A stretch of DNA of 40,360 bases. Source: a virus (Duplodnaviria; Caudoviricetes). The stretch spans positions 1 through 40,360 of the IMG/VR virus record IMGVR_UViG_3300020718_000023; one strand, written 5' to 3'. Shown piece after piece: positions 18,206 through 26,623 of this stretch. The notes under the pieces were generated by a model, which was not told the origin of the DNA, did no database searches, and saw nothing but the letters and a program-made list of their open reading frames with translations. Both the position numbers and the translations under genes were made by a program. Within the stretch, counting starts at the first letter, position 1. Each line of letters opens with the position of its first letter.

Positions 18206-18561
18206 CGAACTAATTCGAAGTGGTGCTTCACCACTTTTTTCTTTGGCTTTGGTTTTGCAAAAACAGGGGATGATTTTTTCGGCTTAAATTCACGCTCCAA
18301 GAAGTCTTCCATTTTAAAAAGATTTGGTTGTGTTTGCTTTTCCGATGCAGCCATTCTGTGTATTGAGTCAAAGAGTTCGTCGTCAAAAAGATAGTACGGA
18401 AGGTCTTCCTTTTCGCACCCTATGAACTGGCACCATTCAGCATCATCCATTCCACCAATGAATCCAGAGTCCATGTCGTAAACGGACGCTAAGTAATTAA
18501 CGTCTTGAGCGCTCAACATATCTGCGTATTTTCTTGCTGCTGTTTTCATCTTTTGCTCCAA
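18202..18561 (-). CDS. hypothetical protein
   Basis: 119-aa ORF overlapping the GGCT stop. Confidence 0.65.
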   Translation of the reverse strand: MEQKMKTAARKYADMLSAQDVNYLASVYDMDSGFIGGMDDAEWCQFIGCEKEDLPYYLFDDELFDSIHRMAASEKQTQPNLFKMEDFLEREFKPKKSSPVFAKPKPKKKVVKHHFELVR

Positions 18562-18938
18562 TCATTTTCGGGTACTTCATTTCCAATTTCATCTATGTGC
18601 TCCCAAAGGCAAACAACTACCTCGTGCGTGCCCTCGTGCGTGCGTGCGCTCGTGAGCGCAGGCGTGTAACCAGCGTTGGATTCCATCCGGAGCATTGAGT
18701 CAAAAGCGGAGTCGTGGGCAACTTCATAAAGTTCACCAATTGCTTTGTCGGAAGGATTGTTTGTTTGAACTAAGTACGGGTAACTTGTGTGGTCGCTAGG
18801 GAAATAAAGTTTTGCGCCCTCAATGTAGCCTTCACCAAGTTCGGAGATAATCCCTCCCTGTATCCAACTATGCAGTGGGTTATTCTTTCGTATGGTTCCA
18901 TACGCAAAGAATTTAATTGTGCCGGTAGACGTATTCAT
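18546..18938 (-). CDS. gamma-glutamylcyclotransferase (AIG2-like)
   Basis: FAYGTIR, YPYLV, GELYEV, L..ME..Y pattern. Confidence 0.85.
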   Translation of the reverse strand: MNTSTGTIKFFAYGTIRKNNPLHSWIQGGIISELGEGYIEGAKLYFPSDHTSYPYLVQTNNPSDKAIGELYEVAHDSAFDSMLRMESNAGYTPALTSARTHEGTHEVVVCLWEHIDEIGNEVPENDWSKR

Positions 18939-18985
18939 GAGAACCAGTCTATCACAAAACTATACCCCCGTACAGTTCTATGTAC

Positions 18986-19017
18986 GACTTGTATTTACAT
19001 CTTGCATCGGTTATGGT
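18986..19017 (+). promoter_or_regulatory. promoter, probably leaderless
   Basis: gacTTGTAT-17-TATGGT with ATG at 19026. Confidence 0.55.
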
Positions 19018-19025
19018 TTCCCCCA

Positions 19026-19313
19026 ATGAGCGAGCAAAACCCAACGGTAAACAAAAGTTACTTTTACTGCTCAACTAATGAAGGCTCGCAATATCGTGGT
19101 CGTCAAACCCTTTATTTAGTTCACTCACTAACAGGCTCAAAAGTCGTTGCTTATATTCAACCAATTGAAATGGTTCACACTGAGTACGTAAAAGAAGATG
19201 CGCAAATCGCAGCGGTCAAAAATGGCTTTGTACTTGCTGGCGGTTGGAGCGACACAAAAAGAAAAAAACATCGTCGAATTAAAGCAATCATAAAAAGGGG
19301 AAGCAATGCCTAA
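19026..19313 (+). CDS. hypothetical protein
   Basis: Start reassigned to ATG 19026, after the promoter. Confidence 0.6.
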   Translation: MSEQNPTVNKSYFYCSTNEGSQYRGRQTLYLVHSLTGSKVVAYIQPIEMVHTEYVKEDAQIAAVKNGFVLAGGWSDTKRKKHRRIKAIIKRGSNA

Positions 19314-19647
19314 GTACATAAGCATCAAGCCGGATTTTCATGAAAGGTCTAAGTGGATTGAAGATGCTGAATGCAAGGGTATGGACCCAAACGTTTTCTA
19401 TGTGGATGAAAGGGGAAGTAAGTATCCTCAGCAAGTTGTTGATGTTTGCAAAACGTGTCCAGTATTAGAGCAATGCGCTGAGTGGTTCATTCACCACGAG
19501 AAGCACGGATACGGTGGTGGCATGACGCCAGCAGTAAGACAAAAAATTCGTAACGCTAGAAACATTACTGTTTGGGAGCCGTTTAACAATATGTTGAACT
19601 CATTTTCGCAAAGAGCCGTAAGCCAAAAATTTAGAAACGAGCAGTAG
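19306..19647 (+). CDS. whiB: WhiB-family Fe-S transcription factor
   Basis: W..AEC...FY...CKTCPVLEQC and G-Y-G-G-G turn (variant of GVWGG). Confidence 0.88.
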   Translation: MPKYISIKPDFHERSKWIEDAECKGMDPNVFYVDERGSKYPQQVVDVCKTCPVLEQCAEWFIHHEKHGYGGGMTPAVRQKIRNARNITVWEPFNNMLNSFSQRAVSQKFRNEQ

Positions 19648-19656
19648 AATTGGGCC

Positions 19657-20865
19657 ATGCGCCCCCTTCTTAAAACACTTTCTTTAGTACTTATTGCACC
19701 TTTACTAAGTGCTGCTTTTTCTACCACTCCAGTTTCCGCAGCACCAACAACCCCATGTTCTACTTGGGTGAAGATGATTGATATTTCATCAAATCAGCCA
19801 CACCCTATCGACTGGGCAAAGGTCGTTAAGTCTGGCGTTGCTGGCGTCTACGTTAAGGCGACAGAAAATACCACTTACACAAACCCGTTCTTTCACAAAG
19901 ATGCAACACAGGCGGTTGCAAATGGAATCCCTTATGGTGGGTACGACTTCGCTCGACCAGACAAGAGCGACCCAATCGCCGATGCTAAGTACTTTGTAGC
20001 GGCTGGTGGGGCAGACGGACAATTGCCACCTGCACTTGACCTAGAGACTCGTGGCAAGACAACCATCGACACCTTGCGTTGGGCCTTCGCTTGGCTCAAC
20101 GAAGTTAGCGCACTTACAGGAACGTACCCAATTATCTACACAGGCTCTTACTACCCTTGGTCTTCAAACGCATCGCTTGGTTCTTGGAAACTTTGGCTTG
20201 CTGCTTATCCTCACGGATACCAGCCAACGCAATCTGCTTGTAAGTTGCCACTACCTGTTGTTTCAGCACCTTGGGCCAGCCAAGGATGGTCAATCTGGCA
20301 GTACTCAAGCCGTGGTTCTGTTCCCGGAATTTCTTACAGCGTTGACCTAGACGCTGCTACAACTGCTTGGTTCCAATACGTTACAAACGCAGATGTTTCA
20401 GCACCGACTAGTAATGGCTCTGTCGTCCCTATCTATGCCTATGGCTCAAAGGGGACTGCCGTAACTTACATTCAGCGCACTCTCTACGGACTTGGTTTAT
20501 TGCCTTACGTTGAGATAACAGGAATCTTTGACATCTTCACCGTCAATGCCTTAAAGAAGTATCAGGCTCTTATGGGCATACCTGCCAATGGTCAATGGGA
20601 CTCTGCATCGGTAGCGGCAAACATTTGGTTTAAGGCTAATCACCGCCCTATTGAAAACTCTGTCAACTACCCAGTCCTAAAAGTAAACAGCCCATATCGC
20701 ACAAAGACGGCGCTTGCTCAAAAAGCACTAAGGATTCAAGCAACGGGTAATTACAATATCTTTACTCGCAACGCCGTTGCAAAATTCCAAAAGTCACACC
20801 ACCTACCATCATCTGGAGTTGTTGACTTGGCTACATGGAGGATTTTATGGTTGCAGTTGCGATAA
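19657..20865 (+). CDS. endolysin: signal peptide + GH25 muramidase + two peptidoglycan-binding domains
   Basis: IDISSNQ, VKATE, PALDLE, LWLAAY, WQYSSRG, VDLD; C-terminal ...VAKFQKSHHL..SGVVD..TW. Confidence 0.9.
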   Translation: MRPLLKTLSLVLIAPLLSAAFSTTPVSAAPTTPCSTWVKMIDISSNQPHPIDWAKVVKSGVAGVYVKATENTTYTNPFFHKDATQAVANGIPYGGYDFARPDKSDPIADAKYFVAAGGADGQLPPALDLETRGKTTIDTLRWAFAWLNEVSALTGTYPIIYTGSYYPWSSNASLGSWKLWLAAYPHGYQPTQSACKLPLPVVSAPWASQGWSIWQYSSRGSVPGISYSVDLDAATTAWFQYVTNADVSAPTSNGSVVPIYAYGSKGTAVTYIQRTLYGLGLLPYVEITGIFDIFTVNALKKYQALMGIPANGQWDSASVAANIWFKANHRPIENSVNYPVLKVNSPYRTKTALAQKALRIQATGNYNIFTRNAVAKFQKSHHLPSSGVVDLATWRILWLQLR

Positions 20866-21170
20866 GCAATAACACCTTTGTTCTTTGGCAAACACTTTTT
20901 GCAATTACAGCATCAACTGCCTCTATTGCAGCGGGGTTTGGGTGGCTAAACAAGAGGCTTGCAAAGAAATCAGACATTGATAAATTGCGCCAAGAACTGT
21001 CTGAAGTAAAAGATGGAAACAGCAAAGAGAACGCTCGAATCATTTCTTTGGTGGAAGATTTAAAAGAAAGCGACCGCCGCACCGAGTCACGTCTTGATAG
21101 ACACATTGAGTTTGGAACGCATACACGTGGTGTTCAACGTAACCCATTAGATGGCAACCACGATGAGTGA
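20847..21170 (+). CDS. holin-like membrane protein (TM + coiled coil)
   Basis: Follows the endolysin; N-terminal TM then a charged coiled coil; start uncertain (20835 or 20847). Confidence 0.55.
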   Translation: MVAVAISNNTFVLWQTLFAITASTASIAAGFGWLNKRLAKKSDIDKLRQELSEVKDGNSKENARIISLVEDLKESDRRTESRLDRHIEFGTHTRGVQRNPLDGNHDE

Positions 21171-21609
21171 AGATAATAATGCCGTAGAGGCACACGTTCA
21201 AAAAATGACGCACTCATACGCAGTGCGTTTTCCTGAACATTCAGCACGTGAAGATGACCCACACTACGTTGACTTCAACCACATTCATCGTGAGTGGAAG
21301 AAGGACCCAAACAAGTGGGTATGCGCAATTGGAAAACATCGTAATGATTTTTCTGAATGCGATTTAGACCACCCACTAGAACTTCACCATGCTCACATTG
21401 AATTTGCTCTTATGAATTCAGTTGAACTTAAGTGGCTTGAAATTGATTACCCGGGAATTAGCGACCCAGACAAACTTGGTGCATGGGTTGAGAGTGCAGA
21501 GAACCTTCTTGTCCTGTGTCAGTTTCATCACCGAGGCCACGGTGGTGCACACGTTGCATCAGCATCGGATTTTGAAGGTCTTAAATACGTAAGAGGATTT
21601 GTATTGTGA
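21151..21609 (+). CDS. HNH-like protein
   Basis: C...C...LELHH...NLLVLCQFHH....H. Confidence 0.6.
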   Translation: MATTMSEDNNAVEAHVQKMTHSYAVRFPEHSAREDDPHYVDFNHIHREWKKDPNKWVCAIGKHRNDFSECDLDHPLELHHAHIEFALMNSVELKWLEIDYPGISDPDKLGAWVESAENLLVLCQFHHRGHGGAHVASASDFEGLKYVRGFVL

Positions 21610-21989
21610 TTTTAATTGCGCTGCTTACTTTTGGATGTTTTGTTTTTGCCAATATTGCATCAACGCTTATGGTTCAAGCAGAAGCAAGAAACCGTGCTTT
21701 CATGGCGGGAATTTTTGAGGCCACTTATGCGTTGTTTTGGATTTACGCCGCCAAGTACGCACTTGATACAAGCCCAATAGAAATAGCAGCGCTTATTGCT
21801 GGAAACTTTCTTGGGGCCGTAGTCGGAACAAAGGTGGGCGAAAGGTGGGTTACAGACCATTCTGACGTGGAACTAAAAGAAAGGCTTCATGAGGCTGAGG
21901 CCGCAGTTGCTCTTGCCCATGATGCTCTTGAAGAACTTGAAGACGAAATAGAGCACCATCATGAAAACAAAGGTGATTTGACCCTTTAA
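21606..21989 (+). CDS. membrane protein (3 TM)
   Basis: Three hydrophobic helices and a charged tail, in the lysis region. Confidence 0.7.
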   Translation: MILIALLTFGCFVFANIASTLMVQAEARNRAFMAGIFEATYALFWIYAAKYALDTSPIEIAALIAGNFLGAVVGTKVGERWVTDHSDVELKERLHEAEAAVALAHDALEELEDEIEHHHENKGDLTL

Positions 21990-22003
21990 ATAAAGCCTTT
22001 TGG

Positions 22004-22038
22004 AATGACTTGATAATGTCACTATACCCCTGTATAGT
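22004..22038 (+). promoter_or_regulatory. conserved phage early promoter, copy 2
   Basis: aatgacTTGATA-atgtcactatacccctg-TATAGT. Confidence 0.75.
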
Positions 22039-22073
22039 AGTTATGTATGGTTATTCAATCAAAGGGAGACAAA

Positions 22074-22703
22074 ATGACCGACGTAATGACTGCAGTTCAG
22101 GTAGTTCCAGCAACAGACCGTCAGATTTCCTACATCAAGGACCTGATTCGTACCCGCCAAATTCCTGAGAGTCTTCAGGGGACTGACTTCGTTGAAGTTG
22201 CTCAGGGTAGCAAAAAGGCAGCAAGCAGCATGATTACTTGGCTGACCGGTCTTCCAAAAGGACAGGCACGCAAAGTTGAGGTGGTTTCTACCACTGAAGT
22301 TTTTGCCCCTACTTATGAGATTCCATTTGGATTCTTTACAGTTGCTGATGGGGAAGGTGGCTGGGTTACCCTTCGTATCAAGAAGGAAAACTGGGCTGAT
22401 GGAAAGGCTGTTGTTTCTTACCTCAGTGGCTCAGACAACACAGTTGCTTACACCGCTTTTGGTTTTGTAACAGAGGCCGGTGTTAAGCCATGGGCACGTT
22501 TTAAGACAAGCCACGGACGCATCGTTGCCGCTGCTGAGTTTCTTGTTACTGGCGATGTGGACGCAGCACGTAAAGAATTCCTCAACGTTGCAGAAGCACG
22601 TGCGATGGCATCTGGTCGTTGTGCTTGCTGTGGACGTATGCTTACGGTTCCTGCCAGTGTTCACCGTGGCCTCGGCCCTGAGTGCGCTAGGAAATACCTC
22701 TAG
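22074..22703 (+). CDS. DUF6011-like Zn-finger protein
   Basis: C-terminal CACCGRMLTVPASVHRGLGPEC; N-terminal ATDRQISYIKDL; AAGGGAG RBS. Confidence 0.75.
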   Translation: MTDVMTAVQVVPATDRQISYIKDLIRTRQIPESLQGTDFVEVAQGSKKAASSMITWLTGLPKGQARKVEVVSTTEVFAPTYEIPFGFFTVADGEGGWVTLRIKKENWADGKAVVSYLSGSDNTVAYTAFGFVTEAGVKPWARFKTSHGRIVAAAEFLVTGDVDAARKEFLNVAEARAMASGRCACCGRMLTVPASVHRGLGPECARKYL

Positions 22704-22718
22704 CGACTTGCTTTAAGG

Positions 22719-22755
22719 CGGCTCAAGGGATACTCTCTCTTGAGCCGTTTTTTTT
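22719..22755 (+). terminator. intrinsic terminator
   Basis: CGGCTCAAG/CTTGAGCCG stem followed by T8. Confidence 0.8.
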
Positions 22756-22774
22756 ATTTAAGGGAAGTAGGGAG

Positions 22775-23125
22775 ATGCTCACACCGCAAGAAATACAAGA
22801 AGCGATTGAAACAGAGATGACTCGCATGGAGGCATTGGTTGACGAACTACGTCAGGCTGGTCATGACACAGCAACGGCTGAGGTTAATTTTAAAATTGAA
22901 TTTGCACGTGAGAGATTAAAGGCTCGTTCGCAAGGCGTTGTTAACGGAGTGAAGGTAAACGTTGACACTGCGGATGATGTTGCAACGGTTGAGACCGAGC
23001 AAGAACGTCATCAGCACTTGATTGCAACTAACAATTTGCTAACACTTCGTGAAGCATTGCGTGCTTGTCAAAATACAATTGATGCACTTCGAACACTTGC
23101 AACTTCAGCACGTAACATTCCATAA
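22775..23125 (+). CDS. coiled-coil hypothetical protein
   Basis: 116-aa helical ORF with RBS. Confidence 0.75.
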   Translation: MLTPQEIQEAIETEMTRMEALVDELRQAGHDTATAEVNFKIEFARERLKARSQGVVNGVKVNVDTADDVATVETEQERHQHLIATNNLLTLREALRACQNTIDALRTLATSARNIP

Positions 23126-23331
23126 TGAAAAGGTTTCAACCACCAAAAAATGTAAACAAAAGATTGTTGGTTGAACTTGGTCTGCAATGTCAAAGATGTT
23201 CAATTGCATTTAATGACCCGCATTTAATTGAAGCGTGTCACGAGATAAAAGAAAAATGTTGGATTTATTGTCCCCTATGCTCACCGGAACGATATACAAA
23301 CTTTGTTAGACCCGAAGTAGAAATACCATAA
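23125..23331 (+). CDS. small CxxC-CxxC protein
   Basis: TAATG coupling; CQRC...CPLC. Confidence 0.55.
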   Translation: MKRFQPPKNVNKRLLVELGLQCQRCSIAFNDPHLIEACHEIKEKCWIYCPLCSPERYTNFVRPEVEIP

Positions 23332-23381
23332 ACCGGAGTTCATTTAAAAGCGTCGTGTAGCCTTTTGCTAAGCCAACAGAG

Positions 23382-23651
23382 TTGGAAAAGGTTATGGACG
23401 AATCAATCATCAGCACAGACACAGTAAGGGTTATTGCCCTTGAGGAGGGTCTTCGTGCTGGCATCGTTCTAGACAGTCTTCGCCTATCAATGCTGAACCA
23501 AGCAGTTGACTGGCTATGTGAATTAACGGGTATGCCAACCCAAGAAGTCCGCCGACAATTAGCCCAACAAAAAGGTGGACAAGTGGCCAAGTCTTTGAGT
23601 ACTATTAACGCTGTTCGTTCTGTTCTCAGTAACGAACAAAAACAAAAATAG
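23382..23651 (+). CDS. hypothetical protein
   Basis: 89-aa ORF (start may be 23394). Confidence 0.65.
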   Translation: MEKVMDESIISTDTVRVIALEEGLRAGIVLDSLRLSMLNQAVDWLCELTGMPTQEVRRQLAQQKGGQVAKSLSTINAVRSVLSNEQKQK

Positions 23652-23679
23652 TAAATCAAGGAAAGCGAGGGACATCATA

Positions 23680-24090
23680 ATGTCCGCAGAAATAACCGTA
23701 GTTGGCAACCTAGTTGCAGACCCCGAAATTAAGTTCAGCAACAGTGGGAAGGCTTATTGCCAGTTCACCGTTGCCGTAGGTTCACGTAAAAAGGATTCCG
23801 ACGGAAACTGGATTGATGGGGATGTTTCATACTTCGATGCAACAGCATTTGAAGGCATCGCAGAAAACATGGCAGATTCTCTAACCAAGGGAACACGTGT
23901 TGTCGTTACGGGCTCGCAGACAATGCGTAGTTACGAAGACAAAGAAGGAAATAAGCGAACCGCTTATGGAATCACGGTTGACGAAGTTGCACCCTCACTT
24001 CGCTGGGCCACCGCACAGGTGACAAAAGCGAACAAGGGTGGAGGCGGTGCTCCAAAGGCACAGTCTTCTTTCAACGAAGAACCGTTTTAA
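23680..24090 (+). CDS. ssb: single-stranded DNA-binding protein
   Basis: VVGNLVADPE, SLTKGTRVVVTG, DEVAPSLRWATA, acidic tail EEPF. Confidence 0.95.
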   Translation: MSAEITVVGNLVADPEIKFSNSGKAYCQFTVAVGSRKKDSDGNWIDGDVSYFDATAFEGIAENMADSLTKGTRVVVTGSQTMRSYEDKEGNKRTAYGITVDEVAPSLRWATAQVTKANKGGGGAPKAQSSFNEEPF

Positions 24091-24094
24091 GGTC

Positions 24095-24219
24095 GTTAAC
24101 TAACGGTTCTAGTCTTCTTCCCGTTAGTTAACTTGTGGGACTGCTTGAGTCGATAACATCGCCTCATCGGTGTTGCTATTTTCTCCCTTTAATAGTCACT
24201 CGGCTCAAGCAGTGCTCAC
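24095..24219 (+). ncRNA. structured RNA element (hairpin + three-way junction)
   Basis: 12-bp perfect stem 24095-24106/24121-24132; about 19-bp stem 24135-24153/24200-24219 enclosing two hairpins, one with loop TTCTCCCTTT; G-U pairs favour the + strand. Confidence 0.55.
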
Positions 24220-24268
24220 GCCAAAGTTTTTCTTGATAAAAACTACATTGATGTAGTTCCGCATAGTA

Positions 24269-24472
24269 TTGTCAAATGTCGTGGACACACCGAACTATGA
24301 CGACGAATTTGATAGGGACATTACGAGCCCTTTCCAAAACTCGGGTAGCCCCATGCACTTCGCATTTAGCGAACTACATGAGTCGTTCATAACCCTTTTG
24401 CAGGTTGGCTTTAGCGAAACCCAAGCCCTTAAATTTCTTGCCTTTTGCTCTATTTATGATGGTGATTTCTAG
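24269..24472 (+). CDS. hypothetical protein
   Basis: LHESFITLLQVGFSETQAL; start uncertain. Confidence 0.6.
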   Translation: MSNVVDTPNYDDEFDRDITSPFQNSGSPMHFAFSELHESFITLLQVGFSETQALKFLAFCSIYDGDF

Positions 24473-24846
24473 TGCTGGACGAATTCGGGTTCTACAAACC
24501 CGAACCACCCAAGTATGAATTCATTGCCCTTGATATTTTCCTTGCGTTGCAAAAGCCAGAGTGGCAAGATTACGCTGCCTGCAAAACCCCTGACGCAGGA
24601 TACGTAGATACCTTTTTCCCTGAAATAAATGCCCAAGGTGGAAATCACCTATCCGCTGCTAGAAAAATCTGCATGGAGTGCCCAGTTAGGTATGAGTGTT
24701 TAGAGGCCGGTTTGAACGAAGCATGGGGAGTTTGGGGTGGGTATTCACCATCTCAACGTAGGCGTATCAACTCAGCAATGAAAAACGGTAGTAGCCTATT
24801 GGAAGCAAGCCAAGCAATAGACGCACGGAGTAGAGATGCCCGATAA
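24472..24846 (+). CDS. whiB: WhiB-family transcription factor (second copy)
   Basis: WQDYAAC...FFP...ICMECPVRYECLE..GVWGG. Confidence 0.92.
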   Translation: MLDEFGFYKPEPPKYEFIALDIFLALQKPEWQDYAACKTPDAGYVDTFFPEINAQGGNHLSAARKICMECPVRYECLEAGLNEAWGVWGGYSPSQRRRINSAMKNGSSLLEASQAIDARSRDAR

Positions 24847-26452
24847 CGAGCAGCAAATGCCGCAGGTAGATAATTTCTCGGAACTCGGCGCCACAGGACT
24901 TTGGCGCACGGGTGGATTCGTCATTGACGACATCCTTCCTCAACTTCGAGGACGGCAATCTCTCACTGCTTACCGTGATATGTCTGAGAATGACCCAATT
25001 ATTGGAGCCATTCTTTTTGCTATTGAGCGTGTAATTCTTCAAGTCGACTGGCGTGTCGACCCTTACGACGACAATACAGGTGCCACACCAACAGATGAAG
25101 ACCGTGCAGCGGCGGCGTTTGTTCAAGAGTGCATGGATGACATGAGCCACTCATGGCACGAACTAATGATTGCAATTCTAAGTTTTCTACCATTCGGTTG
25201 GTCATTCTTTGAAATTGTTTACAAAAAGCGCAGCGGTCCAGAACAAAAAGACCCAGCAAAGCGCTCTAAATTTAATGACAACAAAGTTGGTTGGCGCAAG
25301 ATTGTTATGCGTTCTCAAGATTCTTTGTGGCAATGGCAGTTTGATGAGAGCGGTGGAATCAAAGCAATGATTCAGCGTGACCCAACAACTGGTCGCTTGA
25401 ATGTAATTCCAATTGAGAAGGCTTTGCTCTTCCGCACAACAACAGCACGTGGTAATCCTGAAGGACGTTCAATTCTTCGTAACTGTTTCAAGTCTTGGTA
25501 CTACAAGCGTCGTATTGAAGAGTTTGAAGCAGTTGGTGTCGAGCGTGACCTTGCCGGTTTGCCTGTTGCATTTGTGCCACCAGAATGGATGTCCGCATCT
25601 GCAACACCAGCAGAGAAGTCTGCTTTCCACGCAATGGAAAGAATTGTTCGTGGCGTAAAGCGTAACGAAACAGAAGGTGTAATCCTTCCAATGATGTTTG
25701 ACGAAAACGGCAAGCAACTTGTTGATTTCAAACTAATGAACTCAGGCGGAGCACGCCAATTCAACACAGACCAAATCATCAGCAGATACAACCAACAAAT
25801 TGCCATGACCTGCTTGGCAGACTTCATTATGCTCGGTCACGAATCAGTTGGTTCTTTTGCGCTTGGTGCATCAAAGATTGACCTCTTTGTTGCGGCTGTT
25901 GAATCATGGGTACGTCTAATTGCGGAAGTTATTAATAGCCACGCAATCCCACGCCTCATGTCTCTTAATGGTATGGACACATCACGTTCACCAGTCCTTA
26001 CGTACGGCCAGATTAACGCCGTTGACCTTAATGAACTTGGTACATTCCTTGCGAACCTTGCTTCATCACAACTTCTTACTCCGGACAACAACTTGGAAGA
26101 TTACCTACGTGAACTCGCTGGCCTCCCAACATTCCGTCCGCAGGAAGATGGTGCGGCTGTCAATACTCGTTACAACGACCTTCGTGAACCACCGTCAACA
26201 ATGACTGACCACAATGGAAACTTCATTGGGGCAAATACAAACGGTGCTGGTACGACAAACGGGAATACTGAATCAGAAGGGGTTAAAAACCCTCAAGGTG
26301 GAGTTAACGACCAAAGCGGAGGAAGCGGCCTTCAGGCAAACATAACATCCGCTGGATATACAGGTGAAGCACCACCGCAATCAAAAGGTGGAAAGCCAAA
26401 GCCAACAGGGCAAAATAGTCCTTTGACAAATAATCAGGGAACAACTTCATGA
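24836..26452 (+). CDS. portal protein (DUF935-like)
   Basis: ELGATGL, YRDMSENDP, FGWSFFEIVYK, GNPEGRSILR, ERDLAGLP, GSFALG; low-complexity tail. Confidence 0.88.
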   Translation: MPDNEQQMPQVDNFSELGATGLWRTGGFVIDDILPQLRGRQSLTAYRDMSENDPIIGAILFAIERVILQVDWRVDPYDDNTGATPTDEDRAAAAFVQECMDDMSHSWHELMIAILSFLPFGWSFFEIVYKKRSGPEQKDPAKRSKFNDNKVGWRKIVMRSQDSLWQWQFDESGGIKAMIQRDPTTGRLNVIPIEKALLFRTTTARGNPEGRSILRNCFKSWYYKRRIEEFEAVGVERDLAGLPVAFVPPEWMSASATPAEKSAFHAMERIVRGVKRNETEGVILPMMFDENGKQLVDFKLMNSGGARQFNTDQIISRYNQQIAMTCLADFIMLGHESVGSFALGASKIDLFVAAVESWVRLIAEVINSHAIPRLMSLNGMDTSRSPVLTYGQINAVDLNELGTFLANLASSQLLTPDNNLEDYLRELAGLPTFRPQEDGAAVNTRYNDLREPPSTMTDHNGNFIGANTNGAGTTNGNTESEGVKNPQGGVNDQSGGSGLQANITSAGYTGEAPPQSKGGKPKPTGQNSPLTNNQGTTS

Positions 26453-26562
26453 CAATTCGAATCCGAAAAGTAAAAGGTTCGAAGCCAAAAGGCGGCCCAA
26501 TTGTCAAGACTTCTTTTAAATCTACAACACCCGTTTCAACAACTCGTTCTCGTATTAAGTAA
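26449..26562 (+). CDS. 37-aa basic peptide (not in ORF track)
   Basis: ATGA overlap with the portal stop; MTIRIRKVKGSKPKGG...RSRIK. Confidence 0.45.
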   Translation: MTIRIRKVKGSKPKGGPIVKTSFKSTTPVSTTRSRIK

Positions 26563-26623
26563 CTAAACGCAGTTTTGGAAAGCGTGGGGTAGCATTTATG
26601 CCAAGGCGCAAGGAGAATCACCT

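Noticed and set aside
18789-19025. N-terminal extension of ORF 18789..19313
   Set aside because: Overlaps GGCT on the other strand and a promoter; ATG 19026 is more plausible
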